A DNA stretch of 63,808 nt, counting the filler, from Thraustochytrium aureum (Eukaryota): NCBI GenBank assembly GCA_012862495.1. It is 6 parts of 3 records of this genome, joined end to end, with 100 filler letters (N's around TTAATTAATTAA, not from the genome) between each part and the next. Parts side by side here need not be neighbours in the genome. Positions count along the whole stretch, not along the records: positions 5,110 to 23,089 come from BLSG01000291.1; positions 23,190 to 30,453 come from BLSG01000291.1; 4 more parts are not named here. One strand, given 5' to 3'. The notes below the pieces were generated by a model. The model did no database searches. It worked only from the letters and a program-made list of their open reading frames with translations, and had not been told where the DNA came from. The position numbers and the translations under genes were made by a program. This document shows, one piece after another, positions 11,725-24,552 of the stretch (positions are counted from its first letter, which is position 1; every line of letters starts with the position of its first letter).

Positions 11725-12244
11725 TCAAGCGCCCTCGCCGCCCTTGATGCAGGTGACGAGCCAGTCAAAGCCTTCGAAGAGCCCGCGCCCTTTCGTTGCT
11801 GATGTCTCCTGGATCGACCATTGCCGGTTCTTTATTGAGGAGAGCCCCAAGTGCTCGGAGACCTGTGGAGCCGGCAGCGCGCCTTTCATGTCCTGCTTGT
11901 TGGCGAAGATGAGCAGGATCGCGTCCTTGAGCTCCTCTTCCTCGAGCATGGCCATCAGCTCTTGCTTGGCGATGTTGAGGCGTTCCGTGTCCGCGCTATC
12001 GACGACAAAGATGATCGCGTCCGTGTTGGGAAAGTAGCAGCGCCAGTATGGCCGGATGCTGGTCTGGCCGCCAAGGTCCCACACCTGAAACTTGATGTTC
12101 TTATACTGCAGGGTCTCGACGTTGAACCCGATGGTGGGCACCGTCTGCCCGATGGGCTCGTCCACCTGCAGCCTGTACAAGATGGTGGTCTTGCCAGCAT
12201 TATCCAGCCCGAGGATCAGGATCCGCACCTCCTTGCTGCCAAAC
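11725..12244 (-). CDS. ARL1: ADP-ribosylation factor-like GTPase 1 (5' end in gap)
   Basis: [25 protein letters not shown] (ARL1-diagnostic), ANKQD, TSA. Confidence 0.93.
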
Positions 12245-13509
12245 NNNNNNNNNNNNNNNNNNNNNNNNNNNNNNNNNNNNNNNNNNNNNNNNNNNNNNNN
12301 NNNNNNNNNNNNNNNNNNNNNNNNNNNNNNNNNNNNNNNNNNNNNNNNNNNNNNNNNNNNNNNNNNNNNNNNNNNNNNNNNNNNNNNNNNNNNNNNNNNN
12401 NNNNNNNNNNNNNNNNNNNNNNNNNNNNNNNNNNNNNNNNNNNNNNNNNNNNNNNNNNNNNNNNNNNNNNNNNNNNNNNNNNNNNNNNNNNNNNNNNNNN
12501 NNNNNNNNNNNNNNNNNNNNNNNNNNNNNNNNNNNNNNNNNNNNNNNNNNNNNNNNNNNNNNNNNNNNNNNNNNNNNNNNNNNNNNNNNNNNNNNNNNNN
12601 NNNNNNNNNNNNNNNNNNNNNNNNNNNNNNNNNNNNNNNNNNNNNNNNNNNNNNNNNNNNNNNNNNNNNNNNNNNNNNNNNNNNNNNNNNNNNNNNNNNN
12701 NNNNNNNNNNNNNNNNNNNNNNNNNNNNNNNNNNNNNNNNNNNNNNNNNNNNNNNNNNNNNNNNNNNNNNNNNNNGTTCTCTCCTGGAGTTGTTCTGTAC
12801 TGTTCGTTCTGTTCCATTCGGAGGATCGAATCCAAATTCCAAAACGCGCGGACCCTCTATAGTGCGATACGGCGGGTCAACGGACCTCGTTGCCGTTGGC
12901 GTCTCGCGCGCCGGCCTCCACTCGCTCGCTCTGCTGCAGATAATGTGGCGTCGAGCTTGTTGCGGGATACGGCTGCTGCCAGTGGAAGGTCGCGATGGCG
13001 TTAGTCTTGGCGTTTGGAGGAGCTAGTGGTGGGCGAGCCGTGGTGCCGTTGGCCAGTGGGCGAGGAGGGCGCGAGGAGGGAGGGGAGGAGAGCAGTGCGC
13101 GAGCGCAGGGAGCTGCTTGGCCTGCTGTGCTGCTTGGCCTGCTGTGCTGTTTGTGCTGCTTGGCCTGCTGCGCTGCTCGGTCTCGCAGCCTGCTCGGCCG
13201 GCCCACGCTGCTCGGCTTGGTGTGTCGCGCAGACGCTGCTTTTTGCTGCCGCGTTTGCCGCGTTTGCCTCGGCATTCTAGCCTCGCAGCTGCGACGAGCT
13301 CTCCATCCTCGATCGCTCAAGCATTGGATTGACGTCGACCATCGCTCAGCCGTCGCTCGCTCGAGCATCGATCGCCCTGCGCAAGTCGAAGGGCAAGCGC
13401 GCTGTCGTGAACTGCGCAGGCGCGAACGAACGCGAGTCTGCCAGTCAACCCGACACTTGCGGGCTTGATCGGCCCAGCAACAAGCCAACGGGGCCCGTGG
13501 CGCTGCAAG

Positions 13510-16107
13510 ATGAGCGGGCGCAAGGTGCCAGGAGGCATCAGCGCGTTCATGTCGATGCGGGACTCGCAGGAGCTGCGCGAGCGCGAGGCCGAGTCCAAGG
13601 TGAAGATCCTCGAGTCCCAGCTCAAGCAGGCAAACCAGGCCGCGGAGAAACGCGGAAAGGAGGTCAAGCGCCTGCGTGAGCAAGCCAAGCTGCACGAGCA
13701 GGAGGTAGAGGAGATACGCGGCAGCCACGCCGCTGAGATGGAGGGATCACGTGCGCAAGCGGAACTGGAGCAGAGCGAGCTACTCAAGCAACTCGAGGAA
13801 GCCCGCGGGCAGAGCGAAGCCAACCTCAAAGCCCGGCACGAAAGCAGAGGAAAAGAAACGCAACGCCGTCCGCGCCATGAAAAAGGAAAAAGCGCTGCGC
13901 GAGTCGGCAGAAACCGCCCTTGAGGAGCAGCGCAAGCGGCTCGAGAAGGCCGAGTAGCACTCCTCCTCGGTGCAAAAGGTGCGAAAGGAGGGCGATCGTG
14001 CCGTGCGCGAGGTCCAAGCACTGGCAGACCAATTGCAGGCCCAACTTGACCAAGCCGAGACGGCAGGGCAAAAGGCGCAGGAGCAAGTTGCCTTGCTCGA
14101 GGCCGAGGTGCAAGGCGCAGCCCAGGCATCAGAGGCTCGCGCAAGCGAGCTGAACAGCCAAATCGAGGGCCTCAAGACCCAGCTTAAGGGCGCCCAGGCT
14201 AACCTCGCCACAAGTGCCAGCGCAGCCACGACCGCCAACGCCAAGGCCGCCAGGCTTGAGGACGAGCTCGCAACCCTACAAGCCACGCTCATGCGATCGG
14301 AGGCTTGCCGAGAGGAGCTTGAGGCCAAAGTGGCTACGCTCGAGGCCTCTGCGCTCGAGCGCGCCAAGGCAGACGCCGTGGCCGAGGAAGAAGAGCTGGC
14401 GCGGGCCTCTCGAGAGGAAGCTACGGCGGCTACGGCGCGGCAGACCGAGGAAGCGAGTAACAGCCAGCATAACGCGCTCGAGGTTGGCCCCGACGGCGAA
14501 AACGCTCTCGCCCTCCGCCATGCTCGAGAGGGTCAAGCTCGCGCTAGAGGTGCGCAATANNNNNNNNNNNNNNNNNNNNNNNNNNNNNNNNNNNNNNNNN
14601 NNNNNNNNNNNNNNNNNNNNNNNNNNNNNNNNNNNNNNNNNNNNNNNNNNNNNNNNNNNNNNNNNNNNNNNNNNNNNNNNNNNNNNNNNNNNNNNNNNNN
14701 NNNNNNNNNNNNNNNNNNNNNNNNNNNNNNNNNNNNNNNNNNNNNNNNNNNNNNNNNNNNNNNNNNNNNNNNNNNNNNNNNNNNNNNNNNNNNNNNNNNN
14801 NNNNNNNNNNNNNNNNNNNNNNNNNNNNNNNNNNNNNNNNNNNNNNNNNNNNNNNNNNNNNNNNNNNNNNNNNNNNNNNNNNNNNNNNNNNNNNNNNNNN
14901 NNNNNNNNNNNNNNNNNNNNNNNNNNNNNNNNNNNNNNNNNNNNNNNNNNNNNNNNNNNNNNNNNNNNNNNNNNNNNNNNNNNNNNNNNNNNNNNNNNNN
15001 NNNNNNNNNNNNNNNNNNNNNNNNNNNNNNNNNNNNNNNNNGGCCGATGATGAAGCAGCGGCAAGAGTCCAAAGCGCAAGCGCGAGCGAGGCCAAGGCGA
15101 CCCGGGCGCAGGCCGCTCAGGCTCGCGCAGATGCTGCAGCAGCGCGTGCGCGTGCCGCAGGTGCAAAGGCACCAGAGGCAGACCTTGCTGCAGATACCTC
15201 AGCAGAGCCCGCCATGGTGCCTGAAGCCCCTGCGCCACAAAGCACAACCGAAACCAAGCAAAGTAAAGCAGAGATCGTCGCGAAAATGCCGAGCGCGGCC
15301 TCGCCTGGCGCTTCCAAGTCGCCGATTGGAGGAGCAGCGGACAACGAAGATGGCGCCACGTCAGCCAAATCCCTGGCTTCGGCGGCACTCGTCCCACCCG
15401 TCCACCCCAAAGCAAATGTTGGCGCCAGTGGTAGTGGTTCAAGCGGCGGCGGCGCTGCGAGCGGTGCTGTCAAGGCCCCTGCTCGCCCCAAGGCCGGCGA
15501 GGACGGGTCGAGGCTCCGGCCGAGCAGCCAAGCAAGCGCGAGCACAAGTGCTAGTGCCCCCCCTGGCAGGACAAGCAATCCCGCCCGCAAAGCTGGCGCT
15601 GCGCCGCAGAAGACAGTCCAGCAGCAGCGCAAGGAAGAGCGGGACCAACTGCAAAAGCAGTACCAACAACAAAAGCAGCTTCAGCAGCAGCAGCAGCAAG
15701 AAAAGGTCCGCCGGGCGCGGTCCAAGTCGGTGGAGCGCAGCCAGCGCGCGGCAATCTCTGCAGTGGAAGAGACCGATCAGCCCTCCAAGCTTGAGATTGG
15801 CATGAACCTGTTCGACGTCGCACCACAGACCAACGATGAGGCTGAGGACGAAGTAGCCGTCGAGGGCGATATCGGCTCGTTGCTATATCCCCGGCCAGAG
15901 CGCGGGTGGCGCAAGCCCCGTCGTCGCGAGGAAGACCACAAGCCCGACGAGAGCGAGGCGCCAACGAGCTCGCCTGGGCCGTCTAGTTCGCTACGCACGA
16001 GCAAAGTCCTTTCGAGCCGACCGCAGCCAGGGGGCGCCGGCGGCCCGGAAGCTCGCGCCGAGGCACTCAGAGAACGTATGACTGCGGCGATGGCCGCGAC
16101 TCGGTAA
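13510..16107 (+). CDS. Large coiled-coil protein with low-complexity C-terminus; reading frame disrupted (frameshift ~13840, TAG 13955-13957, probable shift ~14500) and a gap at 14560-15041
   Basis: E/Q/K/A-rich heptad sequence continues across frames (MSGRKVPGG...; KAEEKKRNAVRAMKKE...EKAE*HSSSVQKVRKE...); linkage to the 15042-16107 part is inferred across the gap. Confidence 0.55.
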
Positions 16108-16293
16108 TGCGGCCCGCCTGCCGTTTCGTCGGCAGGCGGTGGCGGCGGGGACTCGCTGGGCTGATCAATCAAAACCAAACAGAAGAGAAATAACCTTGCA
16201 CACAGAGGCTGCGGGCCATCGTTGGGCTCCGCCAGCCCTCCCTTCCCGTTCCCGTTCCCCTCCTACACACGACTAGAAAAACAGCAGCCCTCC

Positions 16294-17185
16294 CTACAAG
16301 CTCTTCTTGAGCGCTTCGGCCGCATCGAGCATCTCGATAATGGCCTTCTCCACAGTCTTGTTGGTGGACCCTTTCGGGTCTGCTTTCATGTACGCGACAA
16401 AGCAGTCGATCGCCTCAGAGTAGAGCAAGAACGCGAGCCAGTTGTTCCCCGCCTCGTGCGCCGCTTTGGCCTGCTTGCGAAGCGTGACGCCGCGCGACAA
16501 GCAGCTCATTCCTGCCCGGCACATCGCCTGGAGGACCGCAACCCGATTCAGGCCCACCGACGTGTAGGGCACGACCGCGTCCGACGCTTTTACGAGGGCG
16601 ACGTTGCGCTGCGGCTCGAACGAGCCCAGAATAGCTTGCACGCGGTCCATGTATCCGAGCATCGAGACCAAGAGCTTTTTCCGGGCGTCCTCTGATGGCG
16701 GCGCGCCGCACTCGAGCGCCTCACCAAAACGCTCCAGCGCCTGATCGTATTGTAGGGCTGCGGCGCCGGGCTTGCCTTTGCTGTCCTTGTCGACAGCTTG
16801 GCGCACGTTGCGCATCCCTTGCTGCATCCGTCCGTTGCCGGTGACGAGGTCGCTCTTGGCTTGGTCGCCGGCCTCCTCCTCCTCGGCCTGGCCTGGCGCG
16901 TTGCCAGCCTTTGCGGTCGACGTGCGTTTCGCGGTCTTGCTATCCGCCCGCACGGCATCAAGCGCCTCTTGGATGACCCTGTCCACGTCCGCCTTGCTCA
17001 CCTTGTCTTCCGGCTGGTCGCCACCCTGAGGCCGGCTCCGCGTCAGCTCGCCGAGCGCGCCCTCCCCGCCCGCGCTCCGCGACACTTACCGCGCCGATGC
17101 CCATGCCTTGGCCGAGCGCTGCGAGCTGCGCGTTGAGGTCGCCGAGGCCGGCCATCCCGTCGTCGTCTGGCGTGAACCCGGCCAT
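16294..17185 (-). CDS. Tandem MIT-domain protein; exons 17185-17090 and 17025-16294
   Basis: 64-nt GTAAGT...CTGAC...CAG intron keeps frame; two MIT-like helical units: AVDKDSKG..AAALQYDQALERF...YMDRVQAI and AHEAGNNWLAFLLYSEAIDCF...MLDAAEALK. Confidence 0.75.
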
Positions 17186-18126
17186 CGCTCTGCGCGCACC
17201 AGCTGCACTCTCGTCGCGCGGCACAAAGCCTCGACGCTCTGCTCTGCTCTGCCCTGCCCTGCCCTGCCCCGTTCCGGTACTCGCTCGTCCTCGCGTCCCG
17301 TTGGTAGTAGGCGCTCTGCAAGGTAAGTAAGTACTCCGCTTCGATAGCGGCCTGCTCGACTCTTGAATTCTGCGATGCTCAAGAGTTGCGCGGACTCAGA
17401 TGTGCGACGACGATGNNNNNNNNNNNNNNNNNNNNNNNNNNNNNNNNNNNNNNNNNNNNNNNNNNNNNNNNNNNNNNNNNNNNNNNNNNNNNNNNNNNNN
17501 NNNNNNNNNNNNNNNNNNNNNNNNNNNNNNNNNNNNNNNNNNNNNNNNNNNNNNNNNNNNNNNNNNNNNNNNNNNNNNNNNNNNNNNNNNNNNNNNNNNN
17601 NNNNNNNNNNNNNNNNNNNNNNNNNNNNNNNNNNNNNNNNNNNNNNNNNNNNNNNNNNNNNNNNNNNNNNNNNNNNNNNNNNNNNNNNNNNNNNNNNNNN
17701 NNNNNNNNNNNNNNNNNNNNNNNNNNNNNNNNNNNNNNNNNNNNNNNNNNNNNNNNCCATTGGTGGTGCGATTGTCTGCCTGTTCGCTTGTCGGCTGGTT
17801 TGATTTGTTGCTGGTAGATGCTGCGCGTCGGGATGCCAGGTAGATGGATGGCTCTTGCAAGCACTTGTTTAGTCGCGGTGAGTTTGGCACCGCCGGTGTG
17901 GTGATCCATGCACACAGCGGAGGTCGTTGCGTTGATTGCGAAGGCGATGATGGCATGCGCGCGGAGTGCGTTCGAGGCGAGTGCGACGGTTGGTTCTTTG
18001 AATGATGAACAAGAACAACGTCGCTTGCTTGCCTGGGGCACCTGCAGACTGTGCTGCGGAGCGCAATGTGCTAGCTAACCCTTTTTTGTTTGAAATCGCT
18101 GCTACAGAAGATCTCGGCAGGCTCGC

Positions 18127-20345
18127 TCACTTACGCGAGGCGCGCGCGACGGCGCGGGCCTGCGAGGCGCGCGCAAAGGCGCGAGAGTTCGGTGCCTTGC
18201 GCGAACCAGCACGGGAGCCAAGGTGCGAAGCCCCGCCGTTGAGGGCAAGATGCAGCATCTGACGGTGCTCGGTGGCGCTGGTCCAAGGGTTGCCGTCCAT
18301 AATCCAGTGCGTGGCAATCTTGAAGATGTCGAGCGGGATGAACCAAATGATGGACCAGATCCAGACAATCGCGGCCCACCCCCAGTCGCAGCCATGCATG
18401 GCGGTGAAGGGCCAGTCGGCGTAAACGGCGATGAGGGTTGCAACGAGCTGAGCGACGACGAAGGCACCCATGAGCCAGTACGAAGGCATGTCCATGAAGA
18501 AGAAGAGGCGCGACCGCGTGGAAAAGATAACGAGCTGGCCCGTGATGGACACCTGCAGGTAGATGATCGAGTTGAGCGTGCGACCCACCGTGTTGAAACC
18601 GTACGAGGCGATGTAGCCCGAGAGACAGTCGTTGTTCGTCGCGTAAATCTGCGAATCTAGGCCACCAAAGTAGGGCTGGATTGAGCGGAGCTGCGCCGTG
18701 CACTCCGCAGAGACAGTGTTCGCCTGGCAATCAGTGTACGGCGAGTTCTCCAACTCCGCCGCCTGCGTCTGGGCCACCTCCGAGTCGTAGTAGTAGCAGA
18801 TGCTGTCCAGCTTGGTGGCCAGGATAGGCGCATTGGGGGCCAGTGTGTCGAAGAAGGTGGTGTAGGTGATCACGAGGTAGAAAGCGACCGTGGACAACGT
18901 GAGCCAAATGCCGAGGACCGAGCCCATGACAAAGATACGCTTGAGGCGCCACGCGTCCGGGGTAGGCGACGGGGTGGCGCGATCCTTGGAAATGGTGAGG
19001 ATGGTGCCGTCGTTGAGGTACGCGATGATGAGCACCATGAAGGGCGGGAAGCTGAACTGGAACGCGACGGCGAGCAAGCCAAAGGTGGTCACAATGCGGA
19101 TCGTCGTGGCGCACGCATACGTCGAGTAGTTGAGCATGCGCTGGAAGATTTTGCGCGAGCCGATGATGGCGTCAATGATCACACGCAGGCCAGGGGTGAG
19201 AAGGACCATGTCAGAGGCGGCGCGCGCGGCGTCGGTAGCGTCTGCCACGGCGATGCCAACATCAGCGGTCTTGAGGGCCGGCGCGTCGTTGACACCGTCA
19301 CCAGTCATGCCAACAACGTGGACGCCGCCGAAGGGGCCGTTCTTGAGGTGGCGGAGGATCTCGACGACGCGGTACTTGTCCTCGGGGAAGACCTCGCCAA
19401 AGCCGTCGGCCTCCTCGACGATGTCGCCAATGGGGATGCCCTCGACAAATTCCTGGCGGCACACCTTTGCGTTGTGGAAGTTGAGACCCATGCCAAGGCG
19501 GCGCGCGGTCTCCTTGCCGATCGCGACCTGGTCACCGGTGATCATCTTGACGCTGACGCCGAGGCGCTGGGCTTCTTCGATGGTCTGCTTCGAGTCGGGG
19601 CGGGGCGGGTCAAGGAGCGGGATGAGACCGACAAACTCCCAGCGCCCGTCAACGCCCTCCTTTTGGCAGACGCCGATGGCACGCAACTCGCGCTGCGCAA
19701 AATCGTCGATGGCCTTCTCCTGCCCGGCGCGGATCTCGTCGGCGTTCCAGGCCATGTTGACCATGACCTGCGGGGCGCCCTTCGAGACAACAAAAACCTT
19801 GCCGTCGACTTTGTGCTTGATGGTGGCTTCGGTGCGCTTGCCGACGGGGTCGAAGGGGATGAACTGCTGCTCCTCCCATTCGTCGAACGAGAGACCCTGC
19901 GCAACAGCGGCGTCGTGGATGCACTTGTCGATGGCGTCGGGGTCACCCTCGCGCTTGGCGGCGAGGGCGGCGATGCGGACCACGTCGGACGGCGTGAACG
20001 GCTCGAGAAAGCTGGGCGTGTCCACGGTGAGCTTGTTGAGCGTCAGCGTGCCGGTCTTGTCCGAGCACAAGACGTCCATGCCAGCGAGCTCCTCGACAGC
20101 GGTGATGCGGGTCACGATGGCGTTCTTCTTGGCGAGATCGTTGACGCCGAGCGCCATGGTGACAGAGAGCACGGTAGGCATGGCGATGGGGATGCCGCCG
20201 ATGAGGACCACAAGCACCATGTTGATCCCGCCGCGGTAGAACCAGCCGTGGGCAGCGTAGACGACAACGACGATGATGACGATCCAGATGCCGATGTAGG
20301 CCATGCAAAAGGTGCCGATCGCCTTGAGTACCTGCTGCAAGTGTC
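18127..20345 (-). CDS. Plasma-membrane H+-ATPase (P-type IIIA), 5' part lost in gap
   Basis: IGGIPIAMP, CSDKTGTLT phosphorylation site, KGAP, DPPR, MITGD, MTGDGVNDAPALK, LNDGTILTISKD. Confidence 0.96.
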
Positions 20346-21050
20346 NNNNNNNNNNNNNNNNNNNNNNNNNNNNNNNNNNNNNNNNNNNNNNNNNNNNNNN
20401 NNNNNNNNNNNNNNNNNNNNNNNNNNNNNNNNNNNNNNNNNNNNNNNNNNNNNNNNNNNNNNNNNNNNNNNNNNNNNNNNNNNNNNNNNNNNNNNNNNNN
20501 NNNNNNNNNNNNNNNNNNNNNNNNNNNNNNNNNNNNNNNNNNNNNNNNNNNNNNNNNNNNNNNNNNNNNNNNNNNNNNNNNNNNNNNNNNNNNNNNNNNN
20601 NNNNNNNNNNNNNNNNNNNNNNNNNNNNNNNNNNNNNNNNNNNNNNNNNNNNNNNNNNNNNNNNNNNNNNNNNNNNNNNNNNNNNNNNNNNNNNNNNNNN
20701 NNNNNNNNNNNNNNNNNNNNNNNNNNNNNNNNNNNNNNNNNNNNNNNNNNNNNNNNNNNNNNNNNNNNNNNNNNNNNNNNNNNNNNNNNNNNNNNNNNNN
20801 NNNNNNNNNNNNNNNNNNNNNNNNNNNNNNNNNNNNNNNNNNNNNNNNNNNNNNNNNNNNNNNNNNNNNNNNNNNNNNNNNNNNNNNNNNNNNNNNNNNN
20901 NNNNNNNNNNNNNNNNNNNNNNNNNNNNNNNNNNNNNNNNNNNNNNNNNNNNNNNNNNNNNNNNNNNNNNNNNNNNNNNNNNNNNNNNNNNNNNNNNNNN
21001 NNNNNNNNNNNNNNNNNNNNNNNNNNNNNNNNNNNNNNAGCGGCCTGCTC

Positions 21051-21440
21051 GCGTCCGTCCGTCCGTCCGTCCGTCTGCCTGTCTGTGCGCTGTCTGTGCT
21101 GCCAGGTCGCCGATCGGGGACGCTCACGGCGTGCGGGGCGTTCGGTGTCTGCTGCTCTGCTGGATGCCGGGGGCGTTCGGATAGATAGATAGATAGATCG
21201 ATGCCTTCTAACGCTTTTCGCTTCTCCGCTTTGCCGCTCATAGCACAAAACAAAGCGTACTGAATGGAAACGCCTGCCGCGAAATTCGACCACCACAGAT
21301 CGGAGGCAACGCCTCGCGCACAAGACTCTCACGCGCACTTCACACGCCTTGCGAAGGAGGAAACAACGCGCAGGTCGACACTGCTCACGCCGCATGTCTG
21401 TCTGTCTGTCTGTCTGTCTGTCTTTCTGTCTGTCTGTCTA
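21051..21440. repeat. Microsatellite cluster (GTCC)n, (ATAG)n, (TGTC)n upstream of the H+-ATPase
   Basis: Direct reading at ~21051-21085, 21181-21197 and 21395-21439. Confidence 0.8.
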
Positions 21441-23089
21441 CTGGAAGCTATCTTGCGGCGGGCGCCGGACTCCCTCTGCGCTCTGCGCGCGTCTGTCTGG
21501 TGGTTTTGTGTGTGCTGCGCGTCTGTTGCTCGAATACAGAGTGCTACGCAGCAAGTAGAGTACCTGCCAACACGTGCTGCTGCGCTCTCACAGGCGAGGA
21601 GGCGGCTCGCGCGCGGAGGAGAAGCGGCAGCGCGTCTGTTTCTGCGCGTCTGTTTGCCTTGCAGGCTTGCATCGTGGCGTGTCGATCGACCATCCCTCCC
21701 TCCATGCCGCCGGCCTCAGGCAACCCTCGGTACTCCCTCCCTCACTCGTCCACCCGTCCATACATCGATAGATCCATCGCCATTCAGAGCGAATCATTCT
21801 GAACGCATCTGGGGGCATTCGGCAGGCGCTCGATCGATTGCTGCCCACCCGAGCTCGCAAGCCGAATGGGCGCACTACGCTTTCAGCTGTGCTTCATCCC
21901 GCCTTTTGTTCGCTCGTGAGTCGCTGAATGCCCGTCGACCAGGTGTGAGGGCGTCGCAGATTCCGCCGAACGACCGTTTCTGGTCTCGACTCTCGAGTGC
22001 TGATTTGCCCCAACGGTCTTGGTCGGTTACGGCGTTGCGAGGCCGGCGGTTTCACGGAGATTGTGGAGGGTGGTGGTGTTCACCCGAAGACAAAGATCAG
22101 CACCTCAGGTGCCACACTGCCCCTAGAGCTTTGCGCGGTCAAGCCAGCGAGCACCTCATCAGTTCATACTGCCCTTGGCTGGAGCTCGGCGCTGTCAAGC
22201 GAGGTGAACGAGCTCATCGATCGACTCGTCCGCATCCCGTTACTCGTGCTTTTATCGGGCAGGTGCTCGCACTTTGCGTTTTGTGCGGGGAGGTTTTTCA
22301 TGGCCCTGATGAAAATGGCGCTCCTCGCCTTCCACGCCCTTCCCGGCCGGCGCACCTGCGGACGGCAGCGCGAATCTCCGTCTGCCAGTGCCAGCTTTCG
22401 TGATTTGAGTACCATGTGAATGACTCAAGTCGTCCCAAGCCTTCTAGGGAGTTTGGTCTCGTTGGTCGTTTGTTTTGTCGCAACGTTCCATGAATGACTC
22501 GAATGCCGCCCCAAGCCTTCTGCTCGTTGGTTGGTTGTTTTGTCGCGAAACCTCAACAACAGGAGCAGGTTCGATTCACGGCAGTCGAGCGAGGTAACCG
22601 TCGCACGTGTTTGCCGCGCGACGACGACCGAAATAGCGCCGTTCCCGACCGCTTGGCTACTTCGCTCTGCAGCCTCCGCAACGGATACGGCCTTGTGCAC
22701 TGCTCGCGACAGGCTGGTTTGAGAATTCAAGTCGAAGAAGGACCCGACGGAGGTGGCTTGCGGCTGGTTCCTGACAACGAGAAAGCTCCGCGACTCGAGC
22801 TCTCGAGCAGCTGAGGGGCACCTGCCGAGCTCGTTCCAGACCAGCCCTGCCAGCCACCTCCTTTGCGTCCCGCCGCCCTTGCTAAATTGCAGGGCCGCGC
22901 AACACGCTCAACTCGGCGCTTTGGGCGGGGCTGCCCGTGCCGAGCGGTTCTGCTGCCCAAGTCGCAACGCGTGCAGGAAGGCCTCCTCTACCAGCGAGTG
23001 GGACGCTCACCTGCTTGGGTTTGCAAGCCACGACCTCGGTCGCGCGTGGCCCGAAGCAGCTCGCCGCGCAGCAGACCTTGACAAACTCG

Positions 23090-23189
23090 NNNNNNNNNNN
23101 NNNNNNNNNNNNNNNNNNNNNNNNNNNNNNNNNTTAATTAATTAANNNNNNNNNNNNNNNNNNNNNNNNNNNNNNNNNNNNNNNNNNNN
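23090..23189. other. Artificial scaffold-joining linker
   Basis: N44-TTAATTAATTAA-N44. Confidence 0.97.
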
Positions 23190-23504
23190 AAGTCACGTCG
23201 ATCACGGGCAGGCACACTTGGCAGGTCCAAATCTGCGCAGCAGGGACTTTGGCCCGAAGACCTGTGCATGCTGCGATTGTTCAAGCCGTGGAGAAGGTGA
23301 GTCGGGTGAGGAATGATGCCGCGCGAATCGGGCAGAACGTCCTCCACGGCCCCTCGGCCGCAGGTGCAGCGAGCCAGTCCTTTCCGCGCCCAGCGCAGTC
23401 AACACTGCGACGTGCGCAGGTCTGTACGTGGTACTGTGCTCGGCTCGAGCGCAGTTTACCTGGCATAAATGGCAAAGGGTGTGCATGCCTAGGCTGGCTC
23501 CCAC

Positions 23505-23792
23505 GCAACGAACGAACGAAAGAATGGACACAAGAAAAGGAACAAACGAAACGAAAAGGGAGTAGAACTAAAGAATCTAGCGAACTAAAAGAATCTAGAG
23601 AACTAAAAGAACAAACGGAACCCAAAAGGAGCAGGTAGAACAAAAGAATGTAGAGAACGAAAGGAACAAGAAAAGAAAGGAGCGATAATCAGAACAGAAG
23701 AGCGATTCCGAGCGAGCGAAGGAAAAGGAACGATTCCGAGCGAGCGAAGGAAAGGAACAACTGCAACGGAGCGAACGAGAGGAAAGAACAGA
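23505..23792. repeat. Purine-rich (GAA/AAC) low-complexity tract with short internal duplications
   Basis: For example gaactaaa(a)gaatctag x2-3 and cgattccgagcgagcgaaggaaa x2. Confidence 0.8.
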
Positions 23793-24481
23793 GCCGGTCA
23801 AATGCGTCGTGGTTTGGTCTGTTGTGGTCGCGCGACGCTCGGAGGGCCGGCGGCGGGCTGAAACATCGTCCACCAGCCGTTTACATACGAGAAGAGGGTA
23901 GGTTGGCAAGAGCTTCCGCTCGGCTTGCTACGGAGAAGAAGAATTATGGAGAAACTGCTTTTCAACGGGCATTTTGCCCGTTGACAAGCAGTGTTTTGGC
24001 AAGTCCGCGAAGCGCTCAGTAATTGTTTGGGCTAAGTTCTGTGCTCGTCCTCTATCGCTCGTTCCTTTTGCCGGTCCGTACTTCAGCGGGAGAATGAATC
24101 TTGAGCGGCTGCTGATCTTACCCAACAGTTGATTCCCTACTAGAGTAGGATCAAGGCGCACTGCCACCCTCTCTCTGCGCAACCTGTCGCGCGCTTTGTA
24201 CTGACAGGGCCACCGCGCTCCGTGGCTGAAACTCACATCGCAGAGGTTCTCAGAGGTTGCCCAAGCGCTGGATCGACGGGCAGGCTGCCAACCCTTTAAA
24301 AAAAACGAAGCTCACAGGCCAGGCTGAGCAATGCAAATAGATGCGTTGGTTGGTAGTGGGCTACTGAGTAGTGAGTGCCATCGCATGGAGTGCCATTTCC
24401 GCTCATGCAACTTTTGCAGCCAAGGAAGGAAGGCTCGCAACTGCTTCGAAACCGCTGTTTGAGCGAGCCGGCTTGCCCAAC

Positions 24482-24552
24482 TAGAATCAAAGCGGCTGTA
24501 GAATCAAAGCGGCTGTAGAATCAAAGCGGCTGTAGAATCAAAGCGGCTGTAG
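24482..24552. repeat. Perfect 17-bp tandem repeat x4 (TAGAATCAAAGCGGCTG)
   Basis: Direct reading; no spacers between units. Confidence 0.95.

Noticed and set aside
13955..13957. TAG reassigned to a sense codon
   Set aside because: TAG ends the MINDY gene at its family-typical C-terminus, and ends PAS paralog A one codon from where paralog B ends in TGA
21264..23089. ORFs upstream of the H+-ATPase as genes or transposon remnants
   Set aside because: Run through microsatellites, Arg/Ser/Pro-rich, no recognisable RT, integrase or transposase motif
24482..24552. 17-bp and 36-bp repeats as CRISPR arrays
   Set aside because: Head-to-tail units with no unique spacers, no cas genes, eukaryotic context
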